NCBI RefSeq assembly: GCF_006345805.1 | Contig: NC_043021.1 | Coordinates: 13,888,001 to 13,952,000 of the forward strand | Source of the DNA: Octopus sinensis | Taxonomy: Eukaryota | Length of the DNA: 64,000 nt | Reading direction: 5' to 3' | Shown here: positions 1 through 13,461 of the stretch, piece after piece | Numbering within the stretch: the stretch's first letter is position 1 | How the letters are laid out: each line of letters opens with the position of its first letter | Position numbers and translations under genes: made by a program | Notes under the pieces: generated by a model | Databases searched by the model: none | Seen by the model: the letters and a program-made list of their open reading frames with translations, nothing else | Told to the model about the DNA's origin: nothing

Positions 1-27
1 TTTTGTTTCATATATATATGTATATGT

Positions 28-86
<59 letters not shown>

Positions 87-789
87 AAATGTATATGTAT
101 GTATGTGTGTTATATTTAAAATGTGTGTATTTGTATATGTATGTATGTGTATACATAAAATGGAAATGTGCATAGATATAAGTGCAAGAACAAAAATAAG
201 AGTAAGAGAAAAAAAAAAGAGAAGGCAATTGGCCGCAGATGTTGTTATGATTGTATAGTTTGGAAGATCACTATTATGTGGTCCTGAGTTCAGTCCCACT
301 GCAAAGCACCTTTGGCCAGCATCTTCTGCTAAAGCTTTGGCTCAGCACTAGTTTTGTGAGAGAAATTTGGCATAGAAAATCATGCAGGATCTCACCAAAT
401 AGAATGTACCAGTAATTTAATGGAGGGAAGCCTTGTCATGCATAATGCCATACTGATCCTACCTCACAGTTGCATTAAGAGTAAATGTGTGTGTGTGTGG
501 GAAAAAGTCTCAGGATTATGGTAAGAGTACACATGTCTGTGGAATACTCGACCACTTTAACTATGAACCAAGGGAGGCTGTGTATGTTATTCAGTGGGCT
601 AACCCTATCATATTGATTCTAACTGAAAGATTAATTACAGGGTGCACATCCATGAAATATTCTCAGGATTTCACTGTGGAATACACGGCCTTTTTTACAA
701 CAGTATACACACACACACTCATCCAGCAGGTGTCTATTTGGACTATTAATTACACATCCATTTGTTTCTTCCAGTGTAATCTTATTCAG

Positions 790-1116
790 TGTAGGCACAT
801 AGCTAAGTGGACAGGGTATTCAGCTCACGAGTGTAAGGCTTCAAGCTTGATTCCTGGTGACACATTGGGTCCTTGAGCCAGCTACTTTCTTTCATGTTGC
901 TCCTGTCCACTCAGCTGGCAAAAACCAAGTTGTGCATGTATTTCAAAAGGGCCACCCTTGTCACATTTCTGCGTCACGCTGAACCTCTTCTGAGAAGTAC
1001 ATTAAGGGTACGCGTGTCTGTGGAGGGCTTAGCCACTTGCATGGTAATTTCACGAGCTGGCTGTTCTGTCGGGTCGGATCAACTGGAGTCCTCATTGTCA
1101 TAACAAACTGAGTGCC
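790..1116 (+). mobile_element. tRNA-headed SINE, family C (central domain resembles Nin/Deu-type SINEs)
   Basis: tRNA-like head, then gtccactcagctggcaaaaa...agccacttgcatggtaatttcacgag...gatcaactggag. A homologous copy lies on the minus strand at about 63640-63960 and a fragment at about 28500-28650. The family name is recalled, not searched. Confidence 0.6.
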
Positions 1117-1481
1117 AACCAATCATTCGACAAATCTCTCCAGTAATCAACAAAGAATCAGAAACACCATGTTTTATCTTCTCCTTTTATGTTTATGCAT
1201 ATTTCCATTATACTTGTATATGCGTAAATTAATCAGTGTGTGTGTGTTTGTGTCCACACACACACACACACACACACTCACACATGCAGTATATTTATTC
1301 AAGTATAATGCAAGAAATTTAATCCAAGACATCAGGACTCAAAAGTGCTGGCTGACATTATACTGAAGTGTCAATAGAAAATGAAAAAGTAAAAAGAATA
1401 AAATAAAATAGAATATTGATTTTCTTTTTTTTTATCAGAAGTGTGGGTTCCACGGTGTTTGAGATTGCATTGAAGTTGAGT

Positions 1482-1524
<43 letters not shown>

Positions 1525-1539
1525 TGTGTGTGTGTGTGT

Positions 1540-1582
<43 letters not shown>

Positions 1583-1816
1583 GTGTGCATGTATGTATGT
1601 ACACACATAATTTGAAAAAATTGTGTTTGAACAAAACGCTGGTTACTAAAACATCATTATGCCTTCACTGTTGTTGTTATATATGTATGTGTGTGGGTGT
1701 ATGTATGTCTGTATATATATACACACACACATTTTAAATAAAAATTATATATATATATACACACACACATTTTAAATAATAATAATTATATATATATATA
1801 CACACACTTTAGATAA

Positions 1817-1856
<40 letters not shown>

Positions 1857-1963
1857 GAAGTAAATATATGGCACAACGAAGTACCGATATATTTACTTCT
1901 ATGTATAATTTTCCCTCACGGGCTATTCTTTACTGGAAAGGCAATACTCTCGTATTGCATTAC

Positions 1964-2030
<67 letters not shown>

Positions 2031-2055
2031 TTTAAATAATAATTATATCTATATA

Positions 2056-2090
<35 letters not shown>

Positions 2091-2334
2091 CATTTCAAGT
2101 AATAATTAAAACAGTTGTTTATCATGTTAAGTTGGTTGGTTCTGTGGAATGTGGTTTGTTGTTGTCTTTCAGCATCAAGATTAACCTTAACTGAGCATAC
2201 CTGTCATTTGAGGAATTCCACCCCTGACCATCCCATCCACTTTCTCCTATCCAGTCATCTAGCCCTGCATTATCCAAATGCATTCTTGTGTATTTAAGGG
2301 TTTTCTTTTTTTTTTTTTTTTGCTATGTAAGTAA

Positions 2335-2515
2335 GACTCAGTCCACTCTGTAAAGTCAGTGTTGTTAGGAAGGGCATCCAGCTGTAAAAACCCTGCCAAA
2401 ACAGACAGTGAAGACTGGGGCAGTGTTCTGCCTAGCCAGCCCCTGTCAAACCATCCAACCCAAGTCAACATGGAAAACAGACGTTAAATGATGATGATGA
2501 TGATAATAATAATAA
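2335..2515 (+). mobile_element. 3' part of an abundant SINE with (gat)n tail (family D)
   Basis: ggaagggcatccagctgtaaaaacc...catggaaaacagacgttaaatgatgatgatg; related pieces at about 9660-9800, 12660-12850 and 15480-15560. Confidence 0.6.
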
Positions 2516-2957
2516 TGATGGTTTCCTGTTGTTCTTTGCTGGTTTATTTGCAATTCAGTTTGCTAGCCTCCGACTCCCTTTAGGCACAGGATTTATTTAA
2601 GCTTTAGACAAGAGTCACTGGTTTATGTGACATCAGGACACATCCACACCCTGGTGGCCCTTTCCGACACATGTCTGTGGGCCATTCTTCCTCTGAGTCA
2701 TAGGACCATCTTTTGCTACTTGACCCATAACTTAAGAGGCACTAACTAACACCCTAGTCCTGAGCAAAGCTGGAAGTAGTTGAGACAAGGGAATAACTCC
2801 GTACTCTCTAAAACCACTGAAATGGGACCACACCATCAGATACAATTTTTTGAGTCAACTAGGACATTCATTTATTGTTCATGTTTGTCCATTTGAGTGA
2901 TGAGGGCCATCTAATCATTCTAAGAACTGATGACTTATGAGATGCCTTTATTTAAAA

Positions 2958-3202
2958 CAGTGGTTTTCACCCAGGGTGGCCATATTGGGAGCCCATATAA
3001 GATTTTGTTGTTCAACCTTAAATGCAGTAAATTACTTCTACAATGCACAAAATATTTTAGCAATATTTTTATACAATTCCCAATAATATTTAATTATAAA
3101 AATATAAAGGGATTTTGTTAAACATCTAATGGTTATGGGGGTCCAGTAGAATAAATTATGAGTCAAAGGGGTTCATGGACAAAAAATGGTTAAGAGTCAC
3201 TG
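2958..3202. mobile_element. hAT (Charlie-like) MITE
   Basis: Ends cagtggttttca... and ...ggttaagagtcactg; 8-bp flanks atttaaaa / gtttaaag resemble a degenerate hAT TSD. Confidence 0.55.
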
Positions 3203-4611
3203 GTTTAAAGTGAAGAAGTGTTGTGTACTGTCAGCTTCACTCTCTTGTCTGTCACCATTTTCCGTCCAGTGGCAAGACCAGATCAAGATGACAGGAGATG
3301 GAGACAGATGCAGTGGATGAACAAGATGTCTTACTTGACTCATCTTGCTCTCTGCACTCTCTGATGCATGGTTTCAGCTGCTTTCCTCTCTATTGAACCA
3401 TGAAAGTTTCTTCCGCAGAGTTCACCAGACCCAGTCTTCATTACATAGGTAGGCAAGCCCTAGTTTGCTAATTAACTCATAGCTGGAGCCCTGACAGGTG
3501 CTACTGCTCCAGGTAAGAGTAGACCTGGGAATATTTGTGGCCAAGAGGTGGTTCTATGATCCTTAAAATCCCAGAATTACCAAATGAGAGCCCCTCAACT
3601 GGATGCGATTCAAAGTCATACCCAGGACACAGTGCAGTGTAATTACACTGAAGCCCTCAACAATCTGACAATCTTCATTAACTCTGGAACTCCTGAACCA
3701 AGGCCCCATTGCTGAAACGATCTCCATTAACATTGAAAAAGTCATTTTCTCTCTTTAGTTTTAACCTCAACCCCCTCATTCCACACCAACCATCCATTCT
3801 AAGTTTGTCCACCTACTTTCATTGAACAGAATAAATAAAGGATACATAAATAAGTAAAATAAACACAAAAACAAACATACACGAAGAAGTAATGTTGGTT
3901 TTTAAAATTTTTAAAAACTTATTCTTGTTTTTTTTTTGTTATTGTCTTAACAATAATACAACACCCCCCCTGCCATTTAATTACTCATTATCTGTATTTC
4001 TCTTATAGTTCTTTCTCTCTCTACCTTTACTTTGATGTTTTGGCCAGATTATTATTATTATTATTATTATTATTTTGTTGTTGTTATAGAATGGTGTATT
4101 GGCAGTAACTGGCAGTGTTCCCACAAAATTCATTGTGGTATTCAGTTACATCCCTTTAAGTTTTGAGTTCCTGGCATTTTGTTTTTTTATGTCTGGATTC
4201 CCTTATCAACTGCCACTTCACAATGTAATATAAATGAAATGAAGCTAATATCCACATTCTTCTACCTAATGACTTTATCATCACACTTAACTGTCTTGAA
4301 GTAGATAATGCAATAATCTTTTCTTTTTTTTTCTTTTTCTTATGTGATACTCATAAATACCACAAACCCTGATTTAAAAAAAATAACTAGCTATAACAGA
4401 AATAAAAAAAATTATAAACCTATGAAAATATTGCAATTAAACTGTAATAAAACTGAATCAACACACACACACACACGTGTATATTTGTGTTTGTGAGTGT
4501 GAATTAGTTAGGAGGAAGATCAATGCTGCTGATGCTCCATTCCATCTATGCAAGCACACAAAAAAGTGGACATCAAAATGATGAGGAAGAGGAGGTATTT
4601 ATTCCATTGAA

Positions 4612-5023
4612 GGCGGCGAGCTGGCAGAAACGTTAGCACGCCGGGCGAAATGCTTAGCGATAGTTCGTCTGCTTTACGTTGTGAGTTCAAATTCCGCCGA
4701 GGTCGACTTTGCCTTTCATCCTTTCGGGGTCGATAAATTAAGTACCAGTTACGCACTGGGGTCGATGTAATCAACTTAATACCTATGTCTGTCCTTGTTT
4801 GTCCCCTCTGTGTTTAGCCCCTTGTGGATAATAAAGAAATAGGTATTTGGTCCGCCGCTACGTTCTGAGTTCAAATTCCGCTGAGGTCGACTTTGCCTTT
4901 CATCCTTTCGGGGTCGATAAATTAAGTACCAGTTACGCACTGGGGTCGATGTAATCGTCTTAATACCTATGTCTGTCCTTGTTTGTCCCCTCTGATTTAG
5001 CCCCTTGTGGGTAATAAAGAAAT
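4612..5023 (+). mobile_element. Young tRNA-type SINE (family A), dimeric insertion with 19-bp TSD
   Basis: Head ggcggcgagctggcagaa, B-box-like gagttcaaattcc, body duplicated; aggtatttattccattgaa at both 4593-4611 and 5024-5042. Confidence 0.85.
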
Positions 5024-5113
5024 AGGTATTTATTCCATTGAAATATCTGTCAAGCATAATTAAATTATGGTTTATTAGTCAAGTCTATGATTTCTCTGCT
5101 TGATTTTATATAC

Positions 5114-5483
5114 AACAAGAGTGCTCAGAGAGTGCAAACCTCTGCCAAGGCAACACAAACTTCCTCTCAATGATTACCAGAGATGATTTTTAAAATGAGA
5201 ATATCTGAAATAAACTCGACTGTTCTCACAAACGGGATATTAAAAATGAACCTGACCACTCTCAAAAATTGAGTAAAAAAAAAAAAAACGGAAAAATAAT
5301 CCAGAATCCTTGTCCAGTACTGGATTGATCCCAAAATCTAATCAGTTTGTGCCGGTCACTGGGCCAAACATCCCTGAAAGTTTCAAATGAATCCATCCAG
5401 CAGTCCTTGAGATATCTTGTCAACAGACAAACAAAGAAACAACTGAAAACAATACTGCCACCTTAGCAAAGGTGGAGGTAATT
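5114..5483 (-). mobile_element. Helentron-associated (HINE-like) non-autonomous element
   Basis: Minus strand begins attacctccacctttgctaaggtgg (hairpin plus subterminal repeat), carries (gttt)n, and ends ccttggcagaggtttgcactctctgagcactcttg. This matches the recalled attacctccgccaagg...ccttggcggaggt HINE layout. Confidence 0.55.
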
Positions 5484-5636
5484 AATAATCTGGTCTGATG
5501 GCTTTGATTGCAGATGTTGAGTGACAGCACACTAAGACATATAAAATATGTACAGAAAAACATCTCCATCTTCTTGCTTCTGCATGCGCACTCTCTCTCT
5601 GTCTCTCTCCCTCTTTCTTTCTCTTGCCCCCTCTCT

Positions 5637-5670
<34 letters not shown>

Positions 5671-5998
5671 TCATGTGTGCATGCACACACACAGTGAAGG
5701 AATCAGTGAAATTAGTATATTTTGTCACTCCACACCCTTCATAACAACAACGGCTGTATATTAATAATCATAATAATAATAATAATAACAATAAAATTGT
5801 TTCTGTTTCTATTTCAGGTCTACTGTTGTTGTTGTTGTTGTGATTGTTAATGCAACATATTGATGATAATGTTACTAATGATGATTTTCTTTGCTGCAGT
5901 TTAGATGAGGAGATAGAATTCCTCTTCAGCATCCTCTCTTTTCCTCCTTCCTGTGTTTTTGGCCTTTCTCAACATCCTTTCTTCATTTGCTTCTTCAT

Positions 5999-6250
5999 CT
6001 TCCACCTCCACTCATACTCTCTGCCTACCTCCATTCTTCCTCCACTCATACTCTCTGCCTACTTCCACTCTTCCTCTGTCTACCTCCACTCATATGCTTT
6101 ACCTATCTCCACTCATTCTCTCTGTCTACCTCTACTCAAACTCTCTACCTCCACTCATACTCTCTACCTCAACTCATTCTCTCTGTCAACCTCTACTCAA
6201 ACTCTCTACCTTCACTCATACTTTCTGCCTACCTCCACTCATACTTCCTC
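5999..6250 (+). repeat. Pyrimidine-rich minisatellite, about 23-25-bp unit (cctccactcatactctctgccta)
   Basis: About ten degenerate tandem copies visible directly. Confidence 0.8.
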
Positions 6251-6730
6251 CTTTCACTTCACTTTATTTTGCCCCTCCCCCAATAAACAACAAACTGTTT
6301 CCACAAAACACACCAGTTAAATCTTGCTGAAATTTCACCTGGCCATCTCAATAAAACCAGGACAGGGTCCAGTCCCTGTTGCAGTGTGGTGCCTTATGTG
6401 CCAGTGGAGTGCATAAGGCCTCTTATGTTAGACCAGTCAAAAAATAAAGGCTAGACCAATATGGACTACCCCATACCAGTACTCCTATTTAGATAAAGAA
6501 AAAGCAAAATTAAAGAACCCTTTGATGACAAAGTCAAAACTAGCAAGGCTTTGGACCCTAGAGTTGAGAAGTCAAGGACAATGGAGAAAAGTCATCAATG
6601 GTCTCTGCTTCGTAGGGAGCAAAAGGCTTAAGTAAAACCTTTAAAAAGGGCTGGACACTTAGCATAATGTTATCCCAAATTTACTGTCTTCATAAAAGGT
6701 GGAGTGTTCAAAGATGCAGGTTTACTTGTA

Positions 6731-7230
6731 AGGCTGCGAGCTGGCAGAATTGTTAGCATGCCAGGTGAAATGATTAGCATTATTTCATCTGCTGTTATTA
6801 TCTAAGTTCAAATTCCACCAAGGTCGACTTTGCCTTTCATCCTTTCGGGGTTGATAAAATTAGTACCGGTTATGCCCTGGAGTCGATGTAATCGACTTAA
6901 TTCCTTCCCCCAAACTTGGAGCCTTGTGCTTCCAGTCAAAAGCATTACTAGATTTACTGGTAAGACGACAAGCTGGCAGAATCGGTAGCTTACCAAACAA
7001 AATGCTGAATGCCATTTCATCCCTCTTTACATCAAGTTCAACTTTACCTTTGAGCTTTTCAGATTTGATGGTCAACCCAGGGCTATAGTAGAAGACACTT
7101 GCCAGGGGTGCCTCACAGTGGGACTGAACCCAAGACCATGTGGTTGAACTTAGTACCAGTTATGCACTGGGGATCGATATAATCGACCCACCCCCCGGAA
7201 TTGTTGACCTTGTGTCTAAACTTAAAACCA
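6731..7230 (+). mobile_element. Two family-A SINE copies, the second interrupted by an antisense family-B SINE fragment (about 7070-7146)
   Basis: Family-A head and body motifs resume after an inverted gggctatagtagaagacacttgcc...cagtgggactgaaccc segment. Confidence 0.65.
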
Positions 7231-8726
7231 TTTTTATATTTACTGGGTTAAGGCTGGCTTATGGTGAAACAACAAGGAGGAAAGGTAATGTGGTCTTAAA
7301 CTTGTTGTCTGCATAAAAAGTTAGGGTGTTCATGGATGGAATGTCTTTGGTCATAAGGCCTACTGGATCAAGATTGACCTGTGGCTAAACAACAACAAAA
7401 TAACTCCAAATTCTATTATTGCTACAATATGATGTTTTTCTTTGCTATGTGGAGAGGTTGGGTGGATTTTGGTGTTGAATGGGGTGTCAGTGGGGAAGCC
7501 AATTACTTAGCTGAACTTTGTGTCGCCTTGGGTAGCCCTTGGGTACCTTGTCTTCACTCACCAGGCTTTTACAAAAAGTACAACATATTGCAGCACAGTG
7601 ATTTTTTTCCTCTTAAAGTTATATCTCAGGTGTGGATGTATAGTTAAAAAGCTTGCTTCCCAACCATGTGGTCTTGGGTTCAGTCCCACTGTGAAGCACC
7701 CTCGGCAAGTGTCTTCTACTGTAGCCCTGGGTTAACCAAAACCTTTGGTTGATGGAAACTGAGAAGAGTCCATAATGTGTGTGTATGCCCACCACAATCA
7801 CTTGACATTTAGTGTTGACCTGTTTATGCTCTCTGTAACCTAGTGGTTCAGCAATAGAAACTGATGGAATAAATACTGGGTTTGATTCATTCAATATAGT
7901 TCAGTATATTTCTGGCCATTGCAAACCCATGCAAATGAATGGATGGAAAATGAGATAGGAGTTTTGAAATGAGTTTCTGTAAAACTATTTTTTAAACATC
8001 AAATAGCCATGGGGCTCCACCAAAAACAGGGATCAAAGGGGTCCACGGATGAAAAAAATGGTTAAGCACCACTGCTCTAAATGGTTACTCCACCGGCTAC
8101 AAAAAGCATCCATATCACTATTGTATGACACTCTATGCTATGTCTGAATCAAGGGTGAAGGGGTCACATCGTTTCATAGGCCAAGTGGATAAGGGCTAAG
8201 CTTGGGGTTAAACAACTATATATAGCACCACCATCACCACAGCTCTCATTCTTTTTATCTTTTCCCTTTCCTCTTCCATCCTTGCCCATCTATCCTGTTC
8301 ATCAACCACACATCATGCACCCCTGTGGCAGTTTCTTTAATCTCCCTTTGTTTCAGCAGCAGAAAAACAACAACAAGCCCAACAAATGACCACCACCACA
8401 GTTGTCACCTACCACAACAACGATGGCAACTGTAACACTGATGCAAACAACAACAATAACAACAGCAACAACAACAATGATATCAATGATGATGATGATG
8501 ATGTTAATGATGGATTTCCAATGTTTTTTTTTTCTTTAATTTAAATTGTTTTCTCCCCTTGACCATCTTGAAACTAATTCTCTCTTTTTTTTTTCTCTTC
8601 TCTTTTCTCTTCCCCTCCCTCTCTCTCTCTCTCTCTCTCAAACTCTCTCTCTGTCATGCACACACACACACATACACACGTGAACATCCACTCACACCGA
8701 TATCAATACCGTGTGTGTGTACTCCT

Positions 8727-8757
<31 letters not shown>

Positions 8758-8897
8758 CATATGTCTCTCTACATATCTCTCTGTCTATCACTCTCTCTCT
8801 CCTATCTATCTATCTATCTATCCTTCTGTGTTTTGCTCTGTCGCTGGGTCTTCCTGCTCTCCCCAACCGTCCGTCCGCCCGTCCGTCTTGTCACCAG

Positions 8898-9006
8898 TAT
8901 TCTACAATATCACGTAAATTTGTTGAAGTCATGAATGATTACAACACAACACAGATAGACTACAGGGACCGGTGTAAAGCACGCATAAAGAGGCAAATGG
9001 AGATAA
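8898..9006 (+). CDS. Syx1A: Syntaxin-1 exon 6a (divergent alternative Hc-helix exon): [36 protein letters not shown](T)
   Basis: Acceptor gtcaccag|TAT and donor ATAA|gtaagg; 109 nt, phase 0 to phase 1. The translation matches the syntaxin-1 segment [36 protein letters not shown], and the exon has the same length and phase as the vertebrate STX1A exon. Confidence 0.9.
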
Positions 9007-10620
9007 GTAAGGCTACAATAGATTTGGATTTCACCTTCTTCTCTTTTCTCTTCACTTTTAATTCACTTTTTTCTTTCATTCTTTCTTCACGTCACCTAGC
9101 TGTAGACTACTTTCTCTAGATGGATGTCCAAGCGCGTGTGGATACGTATGTGTGTCTGTTTGATATGGTGTGCATATGACTCTGTGTGTATGTATATATG
9201 TGTGTGTTGGCGTGGGTGTCCAACCCATGCCAGTATGGAAAATGGACATTAAATGATAGCGTGCGTGTGTGTGTATATGATGCTTAAATATAAGCTTGTG
9301 TGTGTGCAGGTGTATGTATGTGTATTTGTGTATACCTACTGGTATAACACATGCCATATACAATATGCCCAATAATAATTAAGAAGTACAGAGTATTGAA
9401 AAGATTCAGGACCTTTGTTCTGTCTTTGTTGGGAGGGGCCCCACATATATCTGAAGTAATGGGGAAACAAGAATAAACTAAAACCAATCCTTTCATTATA
9501 ATAAGGGACCAAGAAACAGAGACTTTGATAAAAGCTGGAGAATGATGGATGATTAAATATCTTGTGAGATTTCTTTTTATGTCCCTCTATGTTATAAGTT
9601 CAATTCCTACCAGGACTGAGTTTGTTTTCTATCCTTGGTGAAATAAGATAGCAGCATTGTGGGCCTCGTGGAGGCGATGGCAAGTGACCAAGATTAGCAG
9701 TATACTGTGCTTGAGAAGTGAAATTGCGGTTGTGGCTAATGCCAGTGGCACTTAATTAACACCTGTGCTGATGGCATGTAAAAAGCACCCATTACACTCT
9801 CTTGAAAAACCGTATCTGTGAAAATTCAAGGATGATAGTGAGAACAATCAGGCTGGATGTGAGATGGCCGTCATCTGACAAGATGAGGCAAACATCATTA
9901 ACACACAATTCTCCATCTGAGATTCTTAGGTGAATAGGTGCACGCACTCGGGTGCATGCAGCAACAGCTCGACCAACACACCAACTCAACCACATATTTA
10001 CAAACACCGGGAATTCTCATAACTCAAAATGTATTGTCGCTTTGTTAATAACTGGCTTGAACTCTCTCAAGTCAAAGAAAAATCATACATACCAGCCAAT
10101 TCACCCAAAAATCACCATCAGATCATCCTACCCTCTACTATCTTATTCGGTAGTGTGATTCCTGAACATAAACACAAAAGATGGGATGGCCACGATTTAT
10201 GAGTCTTTTAGATACAAGCCTGATCTATTAGTGCTGATCTGGGACTCAACAAGGAATTAAGAATTGCTCTGCACAGAGTTCTGAAATGCAAATTAGAGTT
10301 ATCTCCCTTAGATTATAAACCTTTTCTCCCTGCAACAAAGCCTAATTCATTCTCTGTACTTAATGAATCACACACACACATGTACATCTTTTTAAGTACA
10401 TATATTCGTACATATGTATTTGTGTGTGTGTGTGTGTATGCGTGTTTGTGTTTCTTTTCTCTTACACCATTTTTTTCTCTTTTTTTTTCCTTTCACTTTT
10501 TCTCTTCTCACGAAATATAACTTGGCAATATACCTATTTATATGTTTTTATACTAACGTACACACACACACACACACACACGAAAATACCTGTATCTATA
10601 TATGCAAAGCTCTGTGTGCT

Positions 10621-10662
<42 letters not shown>

Positions 10663-11314
10663 CATATACATACATACTTACATATATATACACACGCACA
10701 TACACTTGCACAGCCAAACATTCATATATGCACACATGTTTTAGCTGTGGATCTCCTATATCACTCTTCTGTTATATATGTGACTGTTTAAACATGCATG
10801 TTCACACATACACATACTCATGCATTTTATTAATTACTGCATTTCATTATCATCATCATTATCATCATCACCATCACGTTATTTCTATTTTCCTACAGCA
10901 TTTCTATTTGTGTGTGTGTGTGTGCATGCAGCACGCACACACACCTAAGCATTTGTACATGCACATACAGACACCTTCTCACAGTTTCTTATGATTCTGT
11001 TTGTAGCGGTCACCAGTGTCCAGACCCCGTCCATCTATCCATCCTCCCTCTATATCAGAGCCACTTCCATTTACTTCCTTATTCTTGATGTTAATCTTCT
11101 TTTTCTGATTTCTTTTTTACCACTTTTTTTTTTTTTCACTGACTCCACATGGAGAAAAAAAAGAGTCTTTAATTTGAATGCCTATTTTGTTGTAATTGTT
11201 GTTGTTACTATTATTATCATTTTTACTATCGTTATTATCATTATTATTATTAGTAGTAGTATTATTTTATTACTATTATTATTGTTGTTGTTTGCTGGAC
11301 TGATAACTTCATTT

Positions 11315-11357
<43 letters not shown>

Positions 11358-12056
11358 CATTTAGGTAGATAGTTATTTCATTTGTGTTTATGTTATTGAC
11401 AGTAACTTTGAAGTTTAGAATAGTAGAAAGGAGAGGGGGCAGGGTGGGGGAGAGAAATCTGTTCAAATGGGAGATGGCAGTGCCATAGATTTAGTATCCA
11501 GAAAAGTAATATTAATAACGACACACAATTTGTCAGTATTTTATTTGGGATGGATGTGAGTGTAAAGTAGAAGAGGTTTATGGATGGAGTTAATGCTAAA
11601 ATGGAGATAATTCGGAGAGGTGGTTAAAGCATTTGGGGTGTGTCTGAAGGGTGCAATAATTTCTCTTCTGAGATAAAGCACGGTGCATTCATTGCAAAAC
11701 TCTATCCACTTAATACTCTACAAACCCCTACCTGTTAACTTATTGCACACTTCAGCTGCCCTAAACCTCCACCTATCTCATCTTAATTGTTAACCCTTTC
11801 TCCTAATTCCCTCTTTCTAGACAGATGCATAAACTTCCACCTGAAATTGCTCTCTCATTTGGATTCAGTTTCTCCCCTCTACAACATAGAATGAATACTT
11901 AGGGTTTGCCTTAGACCCAGCTTCCAAGTTGCTGTCAATAGATTTTATCATCAATATTAGACTACACTTTTGTATTGGCTTCTTTATTCAAGCAATACAC
12001 ATTGTTATTCTATGCATATAAAGATACTTATTTTCAACTATATATATGTATATGTA

Positions 12057-12112
<56 letters not shown>

Positions 12113-13461
12113 TATATGCATATATGTGTGTACATAAGGTGTAAGTTGTATCAACAAAGAGGTATGTCTCCCTTCTTTTTTCTTTGTTTTATTTTTAATT
12201 GTTTTTATTTTAATTTGAGATTATATTAATTTTTCAGTTTAATTTAAATATATTTGTGGGTATTTATACATGTGTGTGTGTGTGTACAAGAGAAAAGTTT
12301 CTTTTTTTTTTTGTAGTGGAAAGACAGGAAGTTTGCTTAATATAACCTTATGTAAGAAATGTGTAGTGTTTGATAGTTTTGTCATCTGTTAAATAAACAG
12401 GTTTAGACATCTGGTCATAGTTTCTGGCAGTCAACCCCTTGGCTGACTGTATCTGCTCAACAACTGTACTCAGATGATGAGAACAGGTAAACCTTATTCT
12501 ACTATAGAGATATTGTTGTTGTTTGTGAGTTATTTTTTTTTCAGAGGGTTTTTATTTTAGATGAAAATAAAATCCTGCCCAAAATAGAGGGTTTTTTTTT
12601 TTTGTTATTATATTAGGGGGTGTTTTGTGTTCTTTTCTCATCTTGCAAAATATTTGGTGACCCCACTAGTGCCCGTGACATGAAAAAAAGCACCCAGTAC
12701 ACTCTGTAAAGTAGTTGGCATTAGGAAAGGCCTGCAGTGACAGAAACCAAGCTAAAGCTCATATTGGAGTTTGACACAGCTCATAGGATGCTGTCAAACC
12801 ATCCAATCCATGTCAGCATAGAAAATGGAACACTAAATGATGATGAGGATGTGGTGCCCGTATGACTGCTTTTTACATGGCACACCAACATGGGTGCTTT
12901 CTATGTGCCACTGGCATGGGTGCTTTTTATATGGCACCAGTATCAGCTGGTTCACCAAGTAACTTGGAAAACAAGGACATCTCAGCTGAAAGAGGAAGAG
13001 GAATGGGAAGAAATGGCCATGTGCCAGGTGAGAGGTTTGGGTAAGAGAGACGGTCAGGGTTAACTGTCACATATAATTCTTCACATTTCTAATACAAGGA
13101 TGTATTGAGTACATTTCTAGTTTTGTACAGTGTGTGTGTGTGTGTGTGAATGTATATATGTGTATGTTGTATACCCACATACGTTTTGATACATGCAATA
13201 CACTCTACAAGATTTTATTTTTTGTTTAATCCAGGATTTGTTTTATTTACTTCTCCCTCCATAAATCCTTTTTAATAACTGACCTTCCCGCCTCCCACCT
13301 TGTTATTTCATTCCCTCGATTTCACAACCCCCACTACGCTGCCAATGTTTCCTCACCTACATATGTGTGTGTGTGTAATATTACATGGAACTCTCAGTGT
13401 AACTTATGTAACTATAAGTAAATGAAAAGTTTAGTGTGTATAATACACACACACACATTAA

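Noticed and set aside
1112-1150. LSSNQQRIRNT resembling the exon-5 motif SSADLRIRKTQ
   Set aside because: No proper splice sites or EQxIEQEE motif; it overlaps the end of a SINE.
5844-6330. Three overlapping 99-158 aa ORFs
   Set aside because: Produced by a stop-free pyrimidine minisatellite; no domain similarity.
8559-9119. 186-aa ORF in the track
   Set aside because: Only 8898-9006 is coding (exon 6a); the rest is intronic microsatellite read-through.
12431-12486. AG/GT-bounded 56-nt segment between exons 6a and 6b
   Set aside because: Contains an in-frame stop in the required phase and has no syntaxin similarity.
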